From NCBI GenBank assembly GCA_965248575.1, contig CBDFJQ010000002.1, positions 1,024,001 through 1,088,000 on the forward strand: a stretch of 64,000 nucleotides of DNA, written 5' to 3'. The notes beneath the pieces are model-generated. The model ran no database searches, was not told where the DNA came from, and was given only the letters and a program-made list of their open reading frames with translations. The translations under genes and the position numbers were made by a program. Origin of the DNA: Planctomycetota bacterium. Its GTDB lineage: Bacteria; Planctomycetota; B15-G4. This document shows, piece by piece, positions 9,678 to 21,057 of this stretch (position 1 is the first letter of the stretch; each line of letters starts with the position of its first letter).

Positions 9678-10268
9678 ATGGTTCGACTGGACAAGATCTA
9701 CACGGGCGGAGGAGACGCGGGCCTGACGTCCCTCGGCAGCGGAACGCGCGTGCCCAAGAACAGTGCGCGCATCGCAGCCTACGGCGAGGTGGATGAGCTG
9801 AACTCCGTTCTCGGCATGTGCCTGAGCCATGCGACCGAAGCCTCCGAGCGCGAACTCCTGCTGGACATCCAGCACGAGCTGTTCGACCTGGGCGCCGACC
9901 TGTGCATCCCCATCTCCGCCGCCGCGATTGGCGAGCAGGGGGCGAGCCCCAAGCTACGGCTCGTGCCCGAAGCGGCCCAGCGCCTCGAAGCCGTGATCGA
10001 CGAGGTCAATGCAGGCCTCGCGCCGCTCACGAGTTTCATCCTGCCCGGAGGCACGCCGCTCGCGAGCGTCTATCACCTGGCGCGCACCGTCTGTCGTCGG
10101 GTCGAGCGCGGGCTACTCAGTCTGCTGGAAGCCGAAGGCGCGGAAGCCACCAACCCGGTGGCCCTGGTCTACCTGAACAGGCTCTCGGACTTGCTCTTCG
10201 TCCTCGCCCGGCGCGCCGCTGGACCACACGAGGTCTTGTGGGAGCCCGGCCGAGGTGCACGCCCATGA
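9678..10268 (+). CDS. pduO: ATP:cob(I)alamin adenosyltransferase, PduO type
   Basis: KIYTGGGDAGLT, AYGEVDELNS, FILPGG, RTVCRRVER, YLNRLSDLLF. Confidence 0.95.
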   Translation: MVRLDKIYTGGGDAGLTSLGSGTRVPKNSARIAAYGEVDELNSVLGMCLSHATEASERELLLDIQHELFDLGADLCIPISAAAIGEQGASPKLRLVPEAAQRLEAVIDEVNAGLAPLTSFILPGGTPLASVYHLARTVCRRVERGLLSLLEAEGAEATNPVALVYLNRLSDLLFVLARRAAGPHEVLWEPGRGARP

Positions 10269-10630
10269 GCATGAACCCCGGCGTTGTGGGCGCGATCCTC
10301 GGTGGCCTCGGCGTGGCCTTCGGTGCCTTCGGCGCGCACGCCCTCAAGGACCGACTGGCTGAGGACAAGCTCGCCATCTTCGAGGTGGGGGTGCGCTACC
10401 AGCTGGTGCACGCCCTGGCGCTCCTGGCCGTGGCAGCCCTGCTTCGAGAGCAACCTGTGCAGGCTGGGCGCTGTGGCTGGCTGTTCTTGCTCGGGGTCTG
10501 TGTGTTCAGCGGCAGCCTTTATGCCATGGCGCTGGGGGGGCCGCGCTGGTTGGGTGCCGTCACGCCGCTGGGGGGCCTGGGCCTCATCGCCGGTTGGGTG
10601 TCCCTCGCCCTCGCGCTACGAGCGAACTGA
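10265..10630 (+). CDS. DUF423 (YgdD-like) membrane protein
   Basis: GAFGAHAL, YQLVHAL, FSGSLY, GAVTPLGG. Confidence 0.92.
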   Translation: MSMNPGVVGAILGGLGVAFGAFGAHALKDRLAEDKLAIFEVGVRYQLVHALALLAVAALLREQPVQAGRCGWLFLLGVCVFSGSLYAMALGGPRWLGAVTPLGGLGLIAGWVSLALALRAN

Positions 10631-10633
10631 GTC

Positions 10634-11857
10634 GTGGCTCCCAAATCCAAAGGTGGCTCCAAGCACTCCTCGCCTGCATCCCCGCAGTCCGGAAGCTCGG
10701 GTTCGCGCGCCAAGCAGGCTGGACACGACATCCACTTCGAACTGCTTCGCGAGGATGCCACGGGCGCCCGACGAGCTCGCTTCGAGACCACCCATGGCAG
10801 CGTCGAGACGCCAGCCTTCATGCCGGTCGGGACCCAGGGCACGGTCAAGGCCGTGCTGCCCCGGGACGTGGCAGACATCGGCTCCGACGTCATTCTCGCC
10901 AACACCTACCACCTGAGCCTGAACGATCGCACCGAGTTGGTCGAGCGCGCCGGCGGCCTGCACAGCTTCATGAACTGGGACAAGTCCATCCTCACGGACT
11001 CGGGCGGTTTCCAGGTCTTCAGCTTGCCTGGGGCGAAAGTCAGTGAAGAGGGCGTCTCCTTTCCGTTGGGTGAGGGCAAGCCGCGCTACCTGTTGGACCC
11101 TGAGACCTCCATGGACGTCCAGCGCCGACTGGGCGCAGACATCGTGATGGCATTCGACGAGTGCTGCCCGCACGACGCAACCCGCGAATACGTCGGGCGC
11201 AGCGTCGAGCGCACGACACGCTGGGCGCGTCGCTGCCTGGACCAGAAGCTGGCAACGCACCAACTCCTGTTTGGAATCGTGCAAGGCGGCGTCCACGAAG
11301 AGCTTCGCCAGCGCAGCGCAGCTCAGATCACCGAGTTGGGCTTTGACGGCTTCGCCATCGGCGGGGTCAGCGTCGGAGAAGGCCACGACCTGATGGTGGC
11401 GATCACGCGTTGGACCGCACCCCACCTGCCCGTCAACAAGCCGCGCTACCTCATGGGGGTGGGATTGCCGGAAGACATTCTCGAAGCCGTGGAAAGCGGC
11501 ATGGACATGTTCGACTGCGTCATCCCCACGCGCTACGCCCGCGGCGGCAGCCTGTTCACCCGCAAGGGGCGGCTGCGCATCGGAGACCGGTCACACCGGC
11601 ACGACCTGTCGCCAGTCGACAGCAAGTGCACCTGCTACACCTGCAGCCACTACAGCCGTATGGTGCTGCGCCATCTGCACTACGCCCATGAGCCGGTCTT
11701 CGAGACCCTGGCCAGCATCCACAACCTGCAGTTCTACGAAGACCTCATGGCGGGCTGCCGGCACGAGATCGAGCGCAATCGATTTGGGCCCTGGAAAGAG
11801 GCCTGGCTGCGCCGATACCGTGGGCCCGACAAGGGCCCGGACAAGGAAACCTCCTAG
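10634..11857 (+). CDS. tgt: tRNA-guanine transglycosylase (paralogue 1)
   Basis: TPAFMPVGT, DSGGFQ, FDEC, GIVQGG, YLMGVG, FDCVIPTR, CTCYTC..H zinc site. Confidence 0.95.
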   Translation: MAPKSKGGSKHSSPASPQSGSSGSRAKQAGHDIHFELLREDATGARRARFETTHGSVETPAFMPVGTQGTVKAVLPRDVADIGSDVILANTYHLSLNDRTELVERAGGLHSFMNWDKSILTDSGGFQVFSLPGAKVSEEGVSFPLGEGKPRYLLDPETSMDVQRRLGADIVMAFDECCPHDATREYVGRSVERTTRWARRCLDQKLATHQLLFGIVQGGVHEELRQRSAAQITELGFDGFAIGGVSVGEGHDLMVAITRWTAPHLPVNKPRYLMGVGLPEDILEAVESGMDMFDCVIPTRYARGGSLFTRKGRLRIGDRSHRHDLSPVDSKCTCYTCSHYSRMVLRHLHYAHEPVFETLASIHNLQFYEDLMAGCRHEIERNRFGPWKEAWLRRYRGPDKGPDKETS

Positions 11858-12062
11858 GCCCAGTCCAGGTCCAGTTCCAGGAGCCGCAGACAAGGCCTGC
11901 GCGTGGCCCGCAGCTGTGGCCCGCGCCTCGGCCCGAGAGGCCGTCTTGGGGTCTGGTGCGCTTCTTCCTCATTCTCCCTCAACTTCGCCGGACATCTGGT
12001 CGAGGAATGTGCCCCTCAGGTGCCCTCCCGGCGCCACCCCCGTCGCGTTACGGAGATGATCC

Positions 12063-12866
12063 ATGCTTGCCTCGAACCTGTGCTCCCGCTGGGCACTCGC
12101 CCTCTTGATTCCGGCCCTGGCCGCTGGCTGTGGCACCGCCCGGCACATGCAGAGCCTCGACATCTCCGATCACGATGGTCGGCATTTCGTCGGCGACATC
12201 GCGGTGGACTACCACCAGGAAGTGTCCCTCCAAGGTCAGCTTGCGGCCGAAGGCCTGACCCTCAAGCTGATGTCCCACACCGGCGCCATCGATGTGGTGG
12301 GCAGCCCAGGCGACAGCTACGAGCTGGTGCTCGACCTCTACACCGAGTTCGAAGGCGACGGCATGGCTGAGCTCGACGGCGACGGCTTGCGCGCCTGGTC
12401 GGACATGAACGGCGCGATCCTGATCAACGGCATTCGCGGCCGCCTCCCCGAAGGCGTCTCCCTGGAGATCCAGGCCGGCACGGGCGATGTCCTGGTCACG
12501 AGCTTCTTCGGGCCCGGCTCCGTCGACATCAAGAACGGCACGGGCACCGTGTCCGTCCGTTCCTGCGAAGTATCCGACGTCTCCATCAACTCGGGCACCG
12601 GCGATGTGCGCATGGCCCAGTGCACCGTTGAGTCCGTGCGCATGAACATGGGCATCGGCTCCCTGGCCGCCAAGGATTGCACCCTCGGCAAGCTGCGCGG
12701 CGATTCGGGCACCGGCGACTTCCTGATCCACAGCAGCCGCATCGATCACGCCTCCTTCGTGTCTGGTGTGGGCGATGTGCGCCTGACGGACACCCTGATC
12801 AGCGAGCTGCACAGCCAGCTCGGCACGGGCCGTGTCGAGGACCAGAAGAGCGCCGCCAACAAGTAG
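12063..12866 (+). CDS. DUF4097/adhesin-like beta-solenoid lipoprotein
   Basis: Lipobox-like LAAGC; repeated xxSGTGDV / GTGTV / GVGDV units. Confidence 0.8.
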   Translation: MLASNLCSRWALALLIPALAAGCGTARHMQSLDISDHDGRHFVGDIAVDYHQEVSLQGQLAAEGLTLKLMSHTGAIDVVGSPGDSYELVLDLYTEFEGDGMAELDGDGLRAWSDMNGAILINGIRGRLPEGVSLEIQAGTGDVLVTSFFGPGSVDIKNGTGTVSVRSCEVSDVSINSGTGDVRMAQCTVESVRMNMGIGSLAAKDCTLGKLRGDSGTGDFLIHSSRIDHASFVSGVGDVRLTDTLISELHSQLGTGRVEDQKSAANK

Positions 12867-12942
12867 GCCGCAAATCGTCCTCATGGACCCATGATTCGAG
12901 GGCCAGCCCCTCGGACCCGGTGCCCGCCCCCAGGGCACCATC

Positions 12943-12983
12943 GTGGCCCGGCGCCACCCCGAAACGGGTGGCTGCCGGGCCAC
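12943..12983 (+). terminator. Strong GC hairpin (17-bp stem, one bulge) downstream of the DUF4097 gene
   Basis: GTGGCCCGGC-GCCACCC / GGGTGGC-T-GCCGGGCCAC; no strong U-tract. Confidence 0.55.
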
Positions 12984-13017
12984 TCGCGTTGAATGGGGCA
13001 GACAGTGAACGAGGGAC

Positions 13018-13047
13018 TTGACCCGGCATATCAGCAGGTTATGATCC
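13018..13047 (+). promoter_or_regulatory. Sigma70-like promoter overlapped by a putative SahR operator
   Basis: TTGACC (13018-23), 16 bp, TATGAT (13040-45); palindrome ATATCA-N8-TGATCC at 13028-13047. Confidence 0.75.
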
Positions 13048-13051
13048 CGTG

Positions 13052-14011
13052 ATGCCGTCAACCGAATCCATCCCCAGCACCCTCAGGGCACTCTCAGATG
13101 AGACGCGCCTGCGGATCCTCAGCCTGCTGCTGCAGGCTGAGCTGTCTGTGGGGGAGATTGCCCGCTGCCTGGCCACCGGCCAGAGCCGGGTCAGCAACCA
13201 CCTCAAGATCCTGCGTGAGATGGACTGGATCGGGGAGCGGCACGAGGGCAGCTACACCTTCTGCCGCCTGGAGGTGCCCAACGGGCCCATGGGGAACCTG
13301 TGGACCGCCCTGGCGCCCTCCTTGGACTCCCTCGGGCAGCGTGACGCGGATCAGGCCCGACTGGCCGTCGTTTTGGCTGAGCGGACCGACACCCGGGCTT
13401 TCTTCGATCGGATCGCCGGGGACTGGGACGTCATCGGCAGCGACTTCGAACGAGGCACGGGGCGTCTGGAAGCCTTGGCCTGCCTGGTGCCCTCCAACCT
13501 CGTCGTCGCCGACGTGGGCTGTGGCACCGGCTATCTAGCCGCCGCTCTGGGGCGGCACATCGAACACCTGATCTGCGTGGATTCCAGCGAAGCCATGCTG
13601 GCCCAGGCTCAGGACAATCTGGCAAACCTCAACTGTCGGCTCGAGTTCCGCGCCGGGAGCATGGAAGCGCTGCCGCTCGCCGACGCCGAGGTGGACGCCG
13701 CCTGTGCGCACATGGTCCTGCACCACCTGACGGAGACCCGCACTGGCCTCGACGAGCTCACCCGGGTGATCAAACCCGGAGGGCGCGTCATCTGCGTCGA
13801 GCTGCTGCCGCATCACGAGACCTGGATGCACGAAGCCATGGCCGACACACGGCTGGGCATCGACCCCCAGGCACTCGAGGAGGACTTCGCCTCCGCCGGC
13901 CTGACCAACATCACACGCGAGATGCTCAGCGATCGCTACATGGTCGAGAACCCGACCGGCAAGAGCATCGGCCTTCCGCTCTACCTCATTTCGGCGCAAC
14001 GCGCGCCCTGA
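13052..14011 (+). CDS. sahR: ArsR-family HTH plus SAM-binding methyltransferase-fold regulator (SahR/SamR type)
   Basis: ALSDETRLRIL..QSRVSNHLKIL HTH; FFDRIAGDWD; DVGCGTG; directly upstream of ahcY. Confidence 0.88.
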   Translation: MPSTESIPSTLRALSDETRLRILSLLLQAELSVGEIARCLATGQSRVSNHLKILREMDWIGERHEGSYTFCRLEVPNGPMGNLWTALAPSLDSLGQRDADQARLAVVLAERTDTRAFFDRIAGDWDVIGSDFERGTGRLEALACLVPSNLVVADVGCGTGYLAAALGRHIEHLICVDSSEAMLAQAQDNLANLNCRLEFRAGSMEALPLADAEVDAACAHMVLHHLTETRTGLDELTRVIKPGGRVICVELLPHHETWMHEAMADTRLGIDPQALEEDFASAGLTNITREMLSDRYMVENPTGKSIGLPLYLISAQRAP

Positions 14012-14053
14012 CTCATAGACCCTTTTTCTTTCCCGAATACCCGGAGAACACCC

Positions 14054-15376
<1,323 letters not shown>

Positions 15377-15434
15377 GCGGCTGCGCCTTGGAGAGCGGCC
15401 TCGCGCGGCTCCCTGAAGCACAGGAGTGTTCATC

Positions 15435-15471
15435 GACGGCCGGTTCCGCGAACCCCGCGGAGCCGGCCGTC
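15435..15471 (+). terminator. Putative intrinsic terminator after ahcY
   Basis: 16-bp stem GACGGCCGGTTCCGCG/CGCGGAGCCGGCCGTC (one G-U), loop AACCC, then TTGCGTCT. Confidence 0.65.
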
Positions 15472-15660
15472 TTGCGTCTCATGCCAGGCGGGTCACGTGA
15501 TGCGGCCACCGGCCTCGGCTGAGGGCGCCGAGCGTGGGTGTCCGGTGGGGGCGCTTGGTATGCTGCCGGGCTTCTGCCCCAGCCCCGAGATTGCCAGCAT
15601 GAGACCGGCACAGCGAGCCCCGCGGCAGCGCGCAAGCACCCGATGCAACCCGGAGGATTC

Positions 15661-16749
15661 GTGGCCAGCACCCAGGATGTCTACACCGCACTCAAGACCG
15701 TCCCCGTCCCCGAACTGGGCCAAGGCAAGGACATCGTCAGCGGTGCCGCCGTTCGGAACCTCGTGATCTCGGGCGGCGCTGTCTCGTTCGACCTGGTGTT
15801 GATGGTCGGTGCCAACATGCCCGAGGCGCGAGTGGCTCAGATCCAGGCCGGCTGCGAAGCAGCCGTGAAGTCCCTGGGCGACGTCACCAGCGTGCACGTG
15901 AAGAGCTCCATACGCCCGCCAGCCGAAAGCGCCACACGGACGATCATGCCGCAAGTGAAGCATGTGGTAGCGGTGGCCAGCGGCAAGGGTGGAGTCGGCA
16001 AGAGCACGACGGCCGCCAACCTCGCCGTCGCCCTGCATGCCCAAGGGATGCGCGTCGGCCTGCTGGACGCCGACATCTACGGCCCGTCCGTGCCCACCAT
16101 GTTCGGCGTGAGCGGCCGGCCCGAGCCGGCCGGCGAGAAGCTGATCCACCCCATGAAGGCCCACGGCATCTCGCTGATGAGCATCGGCTTCCTGATCGAC
16201 CCGGACACCCCGATGGTCTGGCGTGGACCGATGGTGCATGGAGCGCTGACGCAGTTCATGGAGCAGGTGGTGTGGGGCGAGCTGGACTACGTCATCGTCG
16301 ACATGCCGCCCGGCACGGGTGACGCGCAGCTCACGTTGACCCAAAAGGCGCCCCTCTCTGGTGCCGTCGTCGTCACCACCCCGCAGCAGGTCTCCGTTGT
16401 GGATGCACGCAAGGGTCTCAAGATGTTCGAGCAGGTGAAGGTTCCGGTGCTGGGTATCGTCGAGAACATGTCCTACTTCGTCTGCGATGGCTGCGACAAG
16501 GAGCACGACATCTTCCTGCGCGGTGGCGGCAAGCGCACGGCCGACGAGATGTCCGTGCCGTTCCTGGGTGAGATCCCGATCCAGTCCGGCATCGCCGCCA
16601 GCGGCGACGGCGGTCGCCCCGTCGTACTGGAGTCGCCCGACAGCCCAGCAGCCCATGCCTTTCACAAGCTGGCAACCTCCATCCGCGAGCGCCTGGACGG
16701 TGACCACGCAGCCGGCAGCGGCCTCAGCTCCATGGCCTGGAAAGGCTGA
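15661..16749 (+). CDS. mrp: Mrp/ApbC/NBP35 Fe-S cluster carrier ATPase with N-terminal DUF59/MIP18-like domain
   Basis: SGKGGVGKST, DADIYGPS, WRGPM, DMPPGTGD, ENMS..CDGC; GTG start after GGAGG. Confidence 0.95.
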   Translation: MASTQDVYTALKTVPVPELGQGKDIVSGAAVRNLVISGGAVSFDLVLMVGANMPEARVAQIQAGCEAAVKSLGDVTSVHVKSSIRPPAESATRTIMPQVKHVVAVASGKGGVGKSTTAANLAVALHAQGMRVGLLDADIYGPSVPTMFGVSGRPEPAGEKLIHPMKAHGISLMSIGFLIDPDTPMVWRGPMVHGALTQFMEQVVWGELDYVIVDMPPGTGDAQLTLTQKAPLSGAVVVTTPQQVSVVDARKGLKMFEQVKVPVLGIVENMSYFVCDGCDKEHDIFLRGGGKRTADEMSVPFLGEIPIQSGIAASGDGGRPVVLESPDSPAAHAFHKLATSIRERLDGDHAAGSGLSSMAWKG

Positions 16750-17090
16750 TGGACGTCAGCAGCGGTGTGAAACCGGTCAAGCTGGGCCAGGACGGCCCGC
16801 ACGTGCTGACCGTCGAGTGGAGCAACGGGCACCAAGGCCGCCACGCCGTGCGGACTCTGCGCCTGGCCTGTCCGTGCGCCCAATGTGTGGACGAGTGGAC
16901 CGGCGAGCGCACCCTCAAGGACGACACCGTGCCCGAGGACATCCGGCCGGTGTCCATCGACCCGGTGGGCTTGTACGGCATCCAGTTTGACTGGAGCGAC
17001 GGACATGGCACCGGGATCTACACCTTCGAAACCCTCGGGGCGTTGTGCGATTGCCCCACGTGCAGTGCAGATGGAGAGAAATCGGCATGA
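16749..17090 (+). CDS. DUF971 (GBBH-like N-terminal) protein
   Basis: [29 protein letters not shown]. Confidence 0.92.
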   Translation: MDVSSGVKPVKLGQDGPHVLTVEWSNGHQGRHAVRTLRLACPCAQCVDEWTGERTLKDDTVPEDIRPVSIDPVGLYGIQFDWSDGHGTGIYTFETLGALCDCPTCSADGEKSA

Positions 17091-18334
17091 CTGAGTTGTC
17101 CCAAGCGGATCCCGAGATCTACGCCGCGATCGCCGCAGAGGCTCGCCGCCAACACGAGGATCTCGAGCTCATCGCCTCCGAGAACACCACGTCGGCGGCG
17201 GTTCGGGAGGCCGTCGGCTCGGTGCTCACCAACAAGTACGCCGAAGGCTATCCCGGGCGCCGTTACTACGGCGGCTGCGAGCATGTCGACACCGTCGAGC
17301 GCCTGACGATCGATCGCGCCAAGCAGCTGTTCGGGGCTGAGCGCGCCAATGTGCAAGCCCACTCGGGCAGCCAGGCGAACATGGCGGTGCTCATGGCCCT
17401 GCTCGATCCGGGCGACAGCTACCTCGCCATGGACCTCGCCCATGGAGGCCACCTGACCCACGGACACCCCATGAATTTCTCGGGGCGGCTCTATGAGGCC
17501 ATCCCCTACGGAGTGGACCGCGAAACCGAGCGCATCGACATGGACGCCGTGAGGAAGCTCGCCCTGGAGCACCGGCCCAAGCTCATCCTGGCAGGAGCAA
17601 GCGCCTACTCGCGGCACATCGATTTCGAGGCCTTCGCACAGATCGCCCAGGAGGTGGGGGCGTCGTTGATGGTGGACATGGCCCACATCGCTGGCCTCGT
17701 GGCGGCCGGCGTCCATCCGAGCCCGGTGCCGCACGCCGACGCCGTGACACTGACCACCCACAAGAGCCTGCGCGGCCCTCGCGGCGGAATGATCCTGTCT
17801 CGCAAGAGCGTCATGAAGACCATCAACTCCAGGGTCTTCCCAGGGATCCAGGGCGGCCCCCTGATGCATGCCATCGCCGGCAAGGCCGTGGCCCTCAAGG
17901 AAGCAGCTCAACCCGAGTTCGTGGAGTATCAGCAACGGGTGGCGGCCAGCGCGGATGCCATGGCGAAACAGCTCGTGCAGCGTGGAGTGCGCGTGGTGTC
18001 CGGAGGAACAGACAACCACCTCCTGCTCGTGGACGTAGGCAGCAAGGGGCTCACCGGTGCGGACGCTGAAGACGCCCTGGGGGCCGCAGGTCTCACCGCC
18101 AACAAGAACATGATCCCCTTCGACACCCAGCCGCCCATGAAGGCGTCAGGCATTCGCCTGGGGACACCATCCCTCTGCACCCGCGGCTTCGGTCCGGAGG
18201 ACTGCGCACGCGTGGGCGACCTGATCGCGGACGTGCTCGAGGCCCCGCAAGACTCCGCCGTGCTCGCTGCAGCGAAGGCCACCGCGGCAGAACTCGCGGA
18301 CGCCCACCCGCTGCAACAAGGCGACGCCCTCTGA
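17087..18334 (+). CDS. glyA: Serine hydroxymethyltransferase
   Basis: [43 protein letters not shown]. Confidence 0.99.
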   Translation: MTELSQADPEIYAAIAAEARRQHEDLELIASENTTSAAVREAVGSVLTNKYAEGYPGRRYYGGCEHVDTVERLTIDRAKQLFGAERANVQAHSGSQANMAVLMALLDPGDSYLAMDLAHGGHLTHGHPMNFSGRLYEAIPYGVDRETERIDMDAVRKLALEHRPKLILAGASAYSRHIDFEAFAQIAQEVGASLMVDMAHIAGLVAAGVHPSPVPHADAVTLTTHKSLRGPRGGMILSRKSVMKTINSRVFPGIQGGPLMHAIAGKAVALKEAAQPEFVEYQQRVAASADAMAKQLVQRGVRVVSGGTDNHLLLVDVGSKGLTGADAEDALGAAGLTANKNMIPFDTQPPMKASGIRLGTPSLCTRGFGPEDCARVGDLIADVLEAPQDSAVLAAAKATAAELADAHPLQQGDAL

Positions 18335-19038
18335 TGGGGGGCGCGCGGCACACCTACGTCGTCGACATCGAGACGGTCGGCGTGCCGTGGAACTCCCTCG
18401 ACGAAAAGACCCGCGAGTACCTCCAAGGGCGCGCCAGTTCGGAAGCCGAAAAGGAGGCCGTCACCCACCGTCTGGGGCTGAGCCCGGGCACGGGACGGGT
18501 GATCGTGATCGGCATGCGCAACATCACCGCCGACAAAGGCGGCATGTTCGTCGAGGGCAAGCCACGCGGCTGGATCGATGCGGGACCTGCCGGCTTCAAG
18601 CGCTTTGACGGGGACGAGCGGGACATGCTGACCGAGTTCTGGCGCATGCTCGGCACCAACGCAGGTCGGGTGGTGACCTACAACGGCCGGCAGTTCGACG
18701 GCCCCTTCTTGATGCTGCGCTCCGCGATGCTTGGGGTGGCACCCAGCATGAACCTGGCGGGCTACCGCTACTCGGTCGCGGCGCATTGCGACCTGCAGGA
18801 AGTGCTCAGCTTCCATGGGGCAACGCGCCCGGTCTACAGCCTGGACTACTGGTGTCGCCGCTTCGGCATTACCTCACCCAAGGAGGAGGGCTTGGACGGA
18901 TCCCGGGTCCAGGAGTACTACGAATCCAACCGACTCGAAGAGATCGTCGACTACTGCGCCCGTGACGTGATAGCCACGGCGGCGCTCTACGAGAAGCTCG
19001 AGACGACGCTGATCCCGCTGTTCGAGCGACGCAGCTGA
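18334..19038 (+). CDS. Stand-alone 3'-5' exonuclease, PolB-exonuclease-like (DEDDy)
   Basis: DIET, TYNGRQFDGPFL, HCDL, SLD, YCARDV. Confidence 0.88.
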   Translation: MGGARHTYVVDIETVGVPWNSLDEKTREYLQGRASSEAEKEAVTHRLGLSPGTGRVIVIGMRNITADKGGMFVEGKPRGWIDAGPAGFKRFDGDERDMLTEFWRMLGTNAGRVVTYNGRQFDGPFLMLRSAMLGVAPSMNLAGYRYSVAAHCDLQEVLSFHGATRPVYSLDYWCRRFGITSPKEEGLDGSRVQEYYESNRLEEIVDYCARDVIATAALYEKLETTLIPLFERRS

Positions 19039-19055
19039 GGTCGGGCAACCCGATC

Positions 19056-19409
19056 TCAGGGACTCAGCTTGCCCTTGATGTCTGAGAGACGGGCAGGGCT
19101 GACCCACCCGATTCCGCGCAACACCACCAGGACCTCGGTCCAGCTGGGGAAGGTCTTGCCCGACTGGCGCTTGTACTTGTCCATGGCCTTCAGGAACTGA
19201 AGACGCTCGAACTCCAGCAGCTCGGGATCATCCGGCGCCTCCTTCGGGCTGCGGCGCTTCGCGCTGCGGCTCGACGTGCGCGTGGAGGAACCCGCCGCCT
19301 TAGCTGTCGACTTCTTCGCGGGGGCCTTTGGGCCCGGCTTGGTTGCGGCCTTGGCCGTGGGCTTCGTTTTGGCCGATGCAGCCTTGCTGGACTTCTTAGT
19401 GGTCACCAT
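19056..19409 (-). CDS. Small basic protein: Lys/Ala/Pro-rich tail plus conserved FLKAMDKYKR..FPSWTEVL domain
   Basis: GGAGG RBS; histone-H1-like low-complexity N-terminus; C-terminal motif resembling a Planctomycete hypothetical family. Confidence 0.8.
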   Translation of the reverse strand: MVTTKKSSKAASAKTKPTAKAATKPGPKAPAKKSTAKAAGSSTRTSSRSAKRRSPKEAPDDPELLEFERLQFLKAMDKYKRQSGKTFPSWTEVLVVLRGIGWVSPARLSDIKGKLSP

Positions 19410-19439
19410 GAGTGCCTCCCGCGGAATAACTCGAAGGGG

Positions 19440-20534
19440 CTACTCATCGGCCACAAGGCCGTGCCTCCTGAAATGTTCACGGACGGCTTCTGTGGTCGGA
19501 TTCTCGATCACGCCGAATTCGGTCACGATTCCAGCAATGTGCTCATGGGGAGTCACATCGAAGGCCGGGTTGTAGACCTGGACGTCTGCCGGCGCGTTCA
19601 GACCACCTGAGTAGCCCTTGCGGATCTCATCGGGATCCCGCTGTTCGATGGGAATGCCGCTTCCATCGGGCGTAGCCAGGTCGAAGGTCGAGGTGGGGGC
19701 CACCACATAGAAGGGCACACCGTGGTGCTTGGCCAGCACGGACACCGAGTAGGTGCCGATCTTGTTGGCCGCATCCCCATTGGCGGCGATGCGATCTGAA
19801 CCCACGAACACCTTCTGGATGCGACCCTCCTTCATCACCTGCCCAGCCATGTTGTCACAGATGAGGGTCACATCGATGCCGGCGTTGTGCAGCTCCCAGG
19901 AGGTGAGGCGGCTGCCCTGGTTGAGGGGGCGCGTCTCATCCGCGAAGACAGCAAAGGTCTTGCCTTGCTCCTGCGCAGCGAAGAACACCGCCAGAGCCGT
20001 GCCGTAGTCCGCCGTAGCCAGGCCGCCTGCGTTGCAGTGGGTGAGTGCCGTCTCTCCCTCAAGCAGCAGGGTCGCCCCGTGCTTGCCCAAGCGGCGACAG
20101 ATGTCCCGGTCCTCCTCCCAGATCGTGACCGCCTCGTCGAGCATGCGTTGCTTCATGCCGTCCACGCTCGCTCCGGCCTCGGCGGCTGCCTGCTCCGCGA
20201 CCCGGGTCATGCGATCCAAGCCCCAGAAGAGGTTCACGGCCGTGGGCCTCGAGGTGGCCAGATAGTCCGTGGTCTTGCGCAGGTCCTGCAGGAAGCCCGG
20301 CACGTCTGTCGCCGCAGAGTTGCGGACGCCCAGCACGGTCCCGAAGCCCGCCGCCACACCGATGGCCGGTGCACCGCGCACCGCCAGGCGCTTGATGGCG
20401 TCCCACATCTCCTCCTGCGTCTGGCAGTCGATCTCCTTGAACTCGGCCGGCAGGAGGGTCTGCTCTATGAGCCGACAGCAGCCGTCGAGGCCGCCCATCC
20501 ATTTGATGGTGTCCGGGTGGCTGGTGCCGGTCAT
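19440..20534 (-). CDS. mtnA: Methylthioribose-1-phosphate isomerase
   Basis: [48 protein letters not shown]. Confidence 0.97.
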   Translation of the reverse strand: MTGTSHPDTIKWMGGLDGCCRLIEQTLLPAEFKEIDCQTQEEMWDAIKRLAVRGAPAIGVAAGFGTVLGVRNSAATDVPGFLQDLRKTTDYLATSRPTAVNLFWGLDRMTRVAEQAAAEAGASVDGMKQRMLDEAVTIWEEDRDICRRLGKHGATLLLEGETALTHCNAGGLATADYGTALAVFFAAQEQGKTFAVFADETRPLNQGSRLTSWELHNAGIDVTLICDNMAGQVMKEGRIQKVFVGSDRIAANGDAANKIGTYSVSVLAKHHGVPFYVVAPTSTFDLATPDGSGIPIEQRDPDEIRKGYSGGLNAPADVQVYNPAFDVTPHEHIAGIVTEFGVIENPTTEAVREHFRRHGLVADE

Positions 20535-20538
20535 GTGC

Positions 20539-21057
20539 TCAGGCTCCCTGCATCATGCGGAGTTTCTCCGAGACAGCCTTGTCCTTGGCCAGGACAGCGT
20601 CTCGCATGCTCTGCTTGTGGTCTTCGAGCGCCTGCGCCAGGGCGGCGTCGGACACTGCCATGATGCGCACGGCAAGCAGGGCGGCATTCTTGCCACCTGC
20701 CTTGTTGGCCGCCACGGTCGCGACCGGAATCCCGCTTGGCATCTGCACCACGGACAGCAGGGAGTCCAAGCCCCCTGCGAAGTCGGTGGGGATCGGCACA
20801 CCGATCACAGGCAGCGTCGTGGCCGCAGCCAACACGCCCGCCAGGTGAGCCGCCCCGCCAGCTACGCCAATCACGACCTGCACTCCGGCTGCCCGTGCAC
20901 CAGAGGCCAGTTCGTGCACGTGGTCGGGCGTGCGATGGGCGGAGAGGATGCGCACGTCGAAGGGAATCCCCATCGACTTCAGCTGCTCAAAACCGCCCTC
21001 GATGTGAGGCAGATCGCTGTCGCTACCCAGGACCCAGAGAACTCGTGGCTGACTCAT
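20539..21057 (-). CDS. purE: N5-CAIR mutase
   Basis: [37 protein letters not shown]. Confidence 0.97.
   Translation of the reverse strand: MSQPRVLWVLGSDSDLPHIEGGFEQLKSMGIPFDVRILSAHRTPDHVHELASGARAAGVQVVIGVAGGAAHLAGVLAAATTLPVIGVPIPTDFAGGLDSLLSVVQMPSGIPVATVAANKAGGKNAALLAVRIMAVSDAALAQALEDHKQSMRDAVLAKDKAVSEKLRMMQGA

Noticed and set aside
8788..9700. Genomic island at tRNA-Asn or tRNA-Val
   Set aside because: No integrase, no duplicated tRNA 3' end seen, and flanks are housekeeping genes
14012..14053. SAH or SAM riboswitch before ahcY
   Set aside because: Spacer is only about 40 nt with no aptamer motif; SahR explains the regulation
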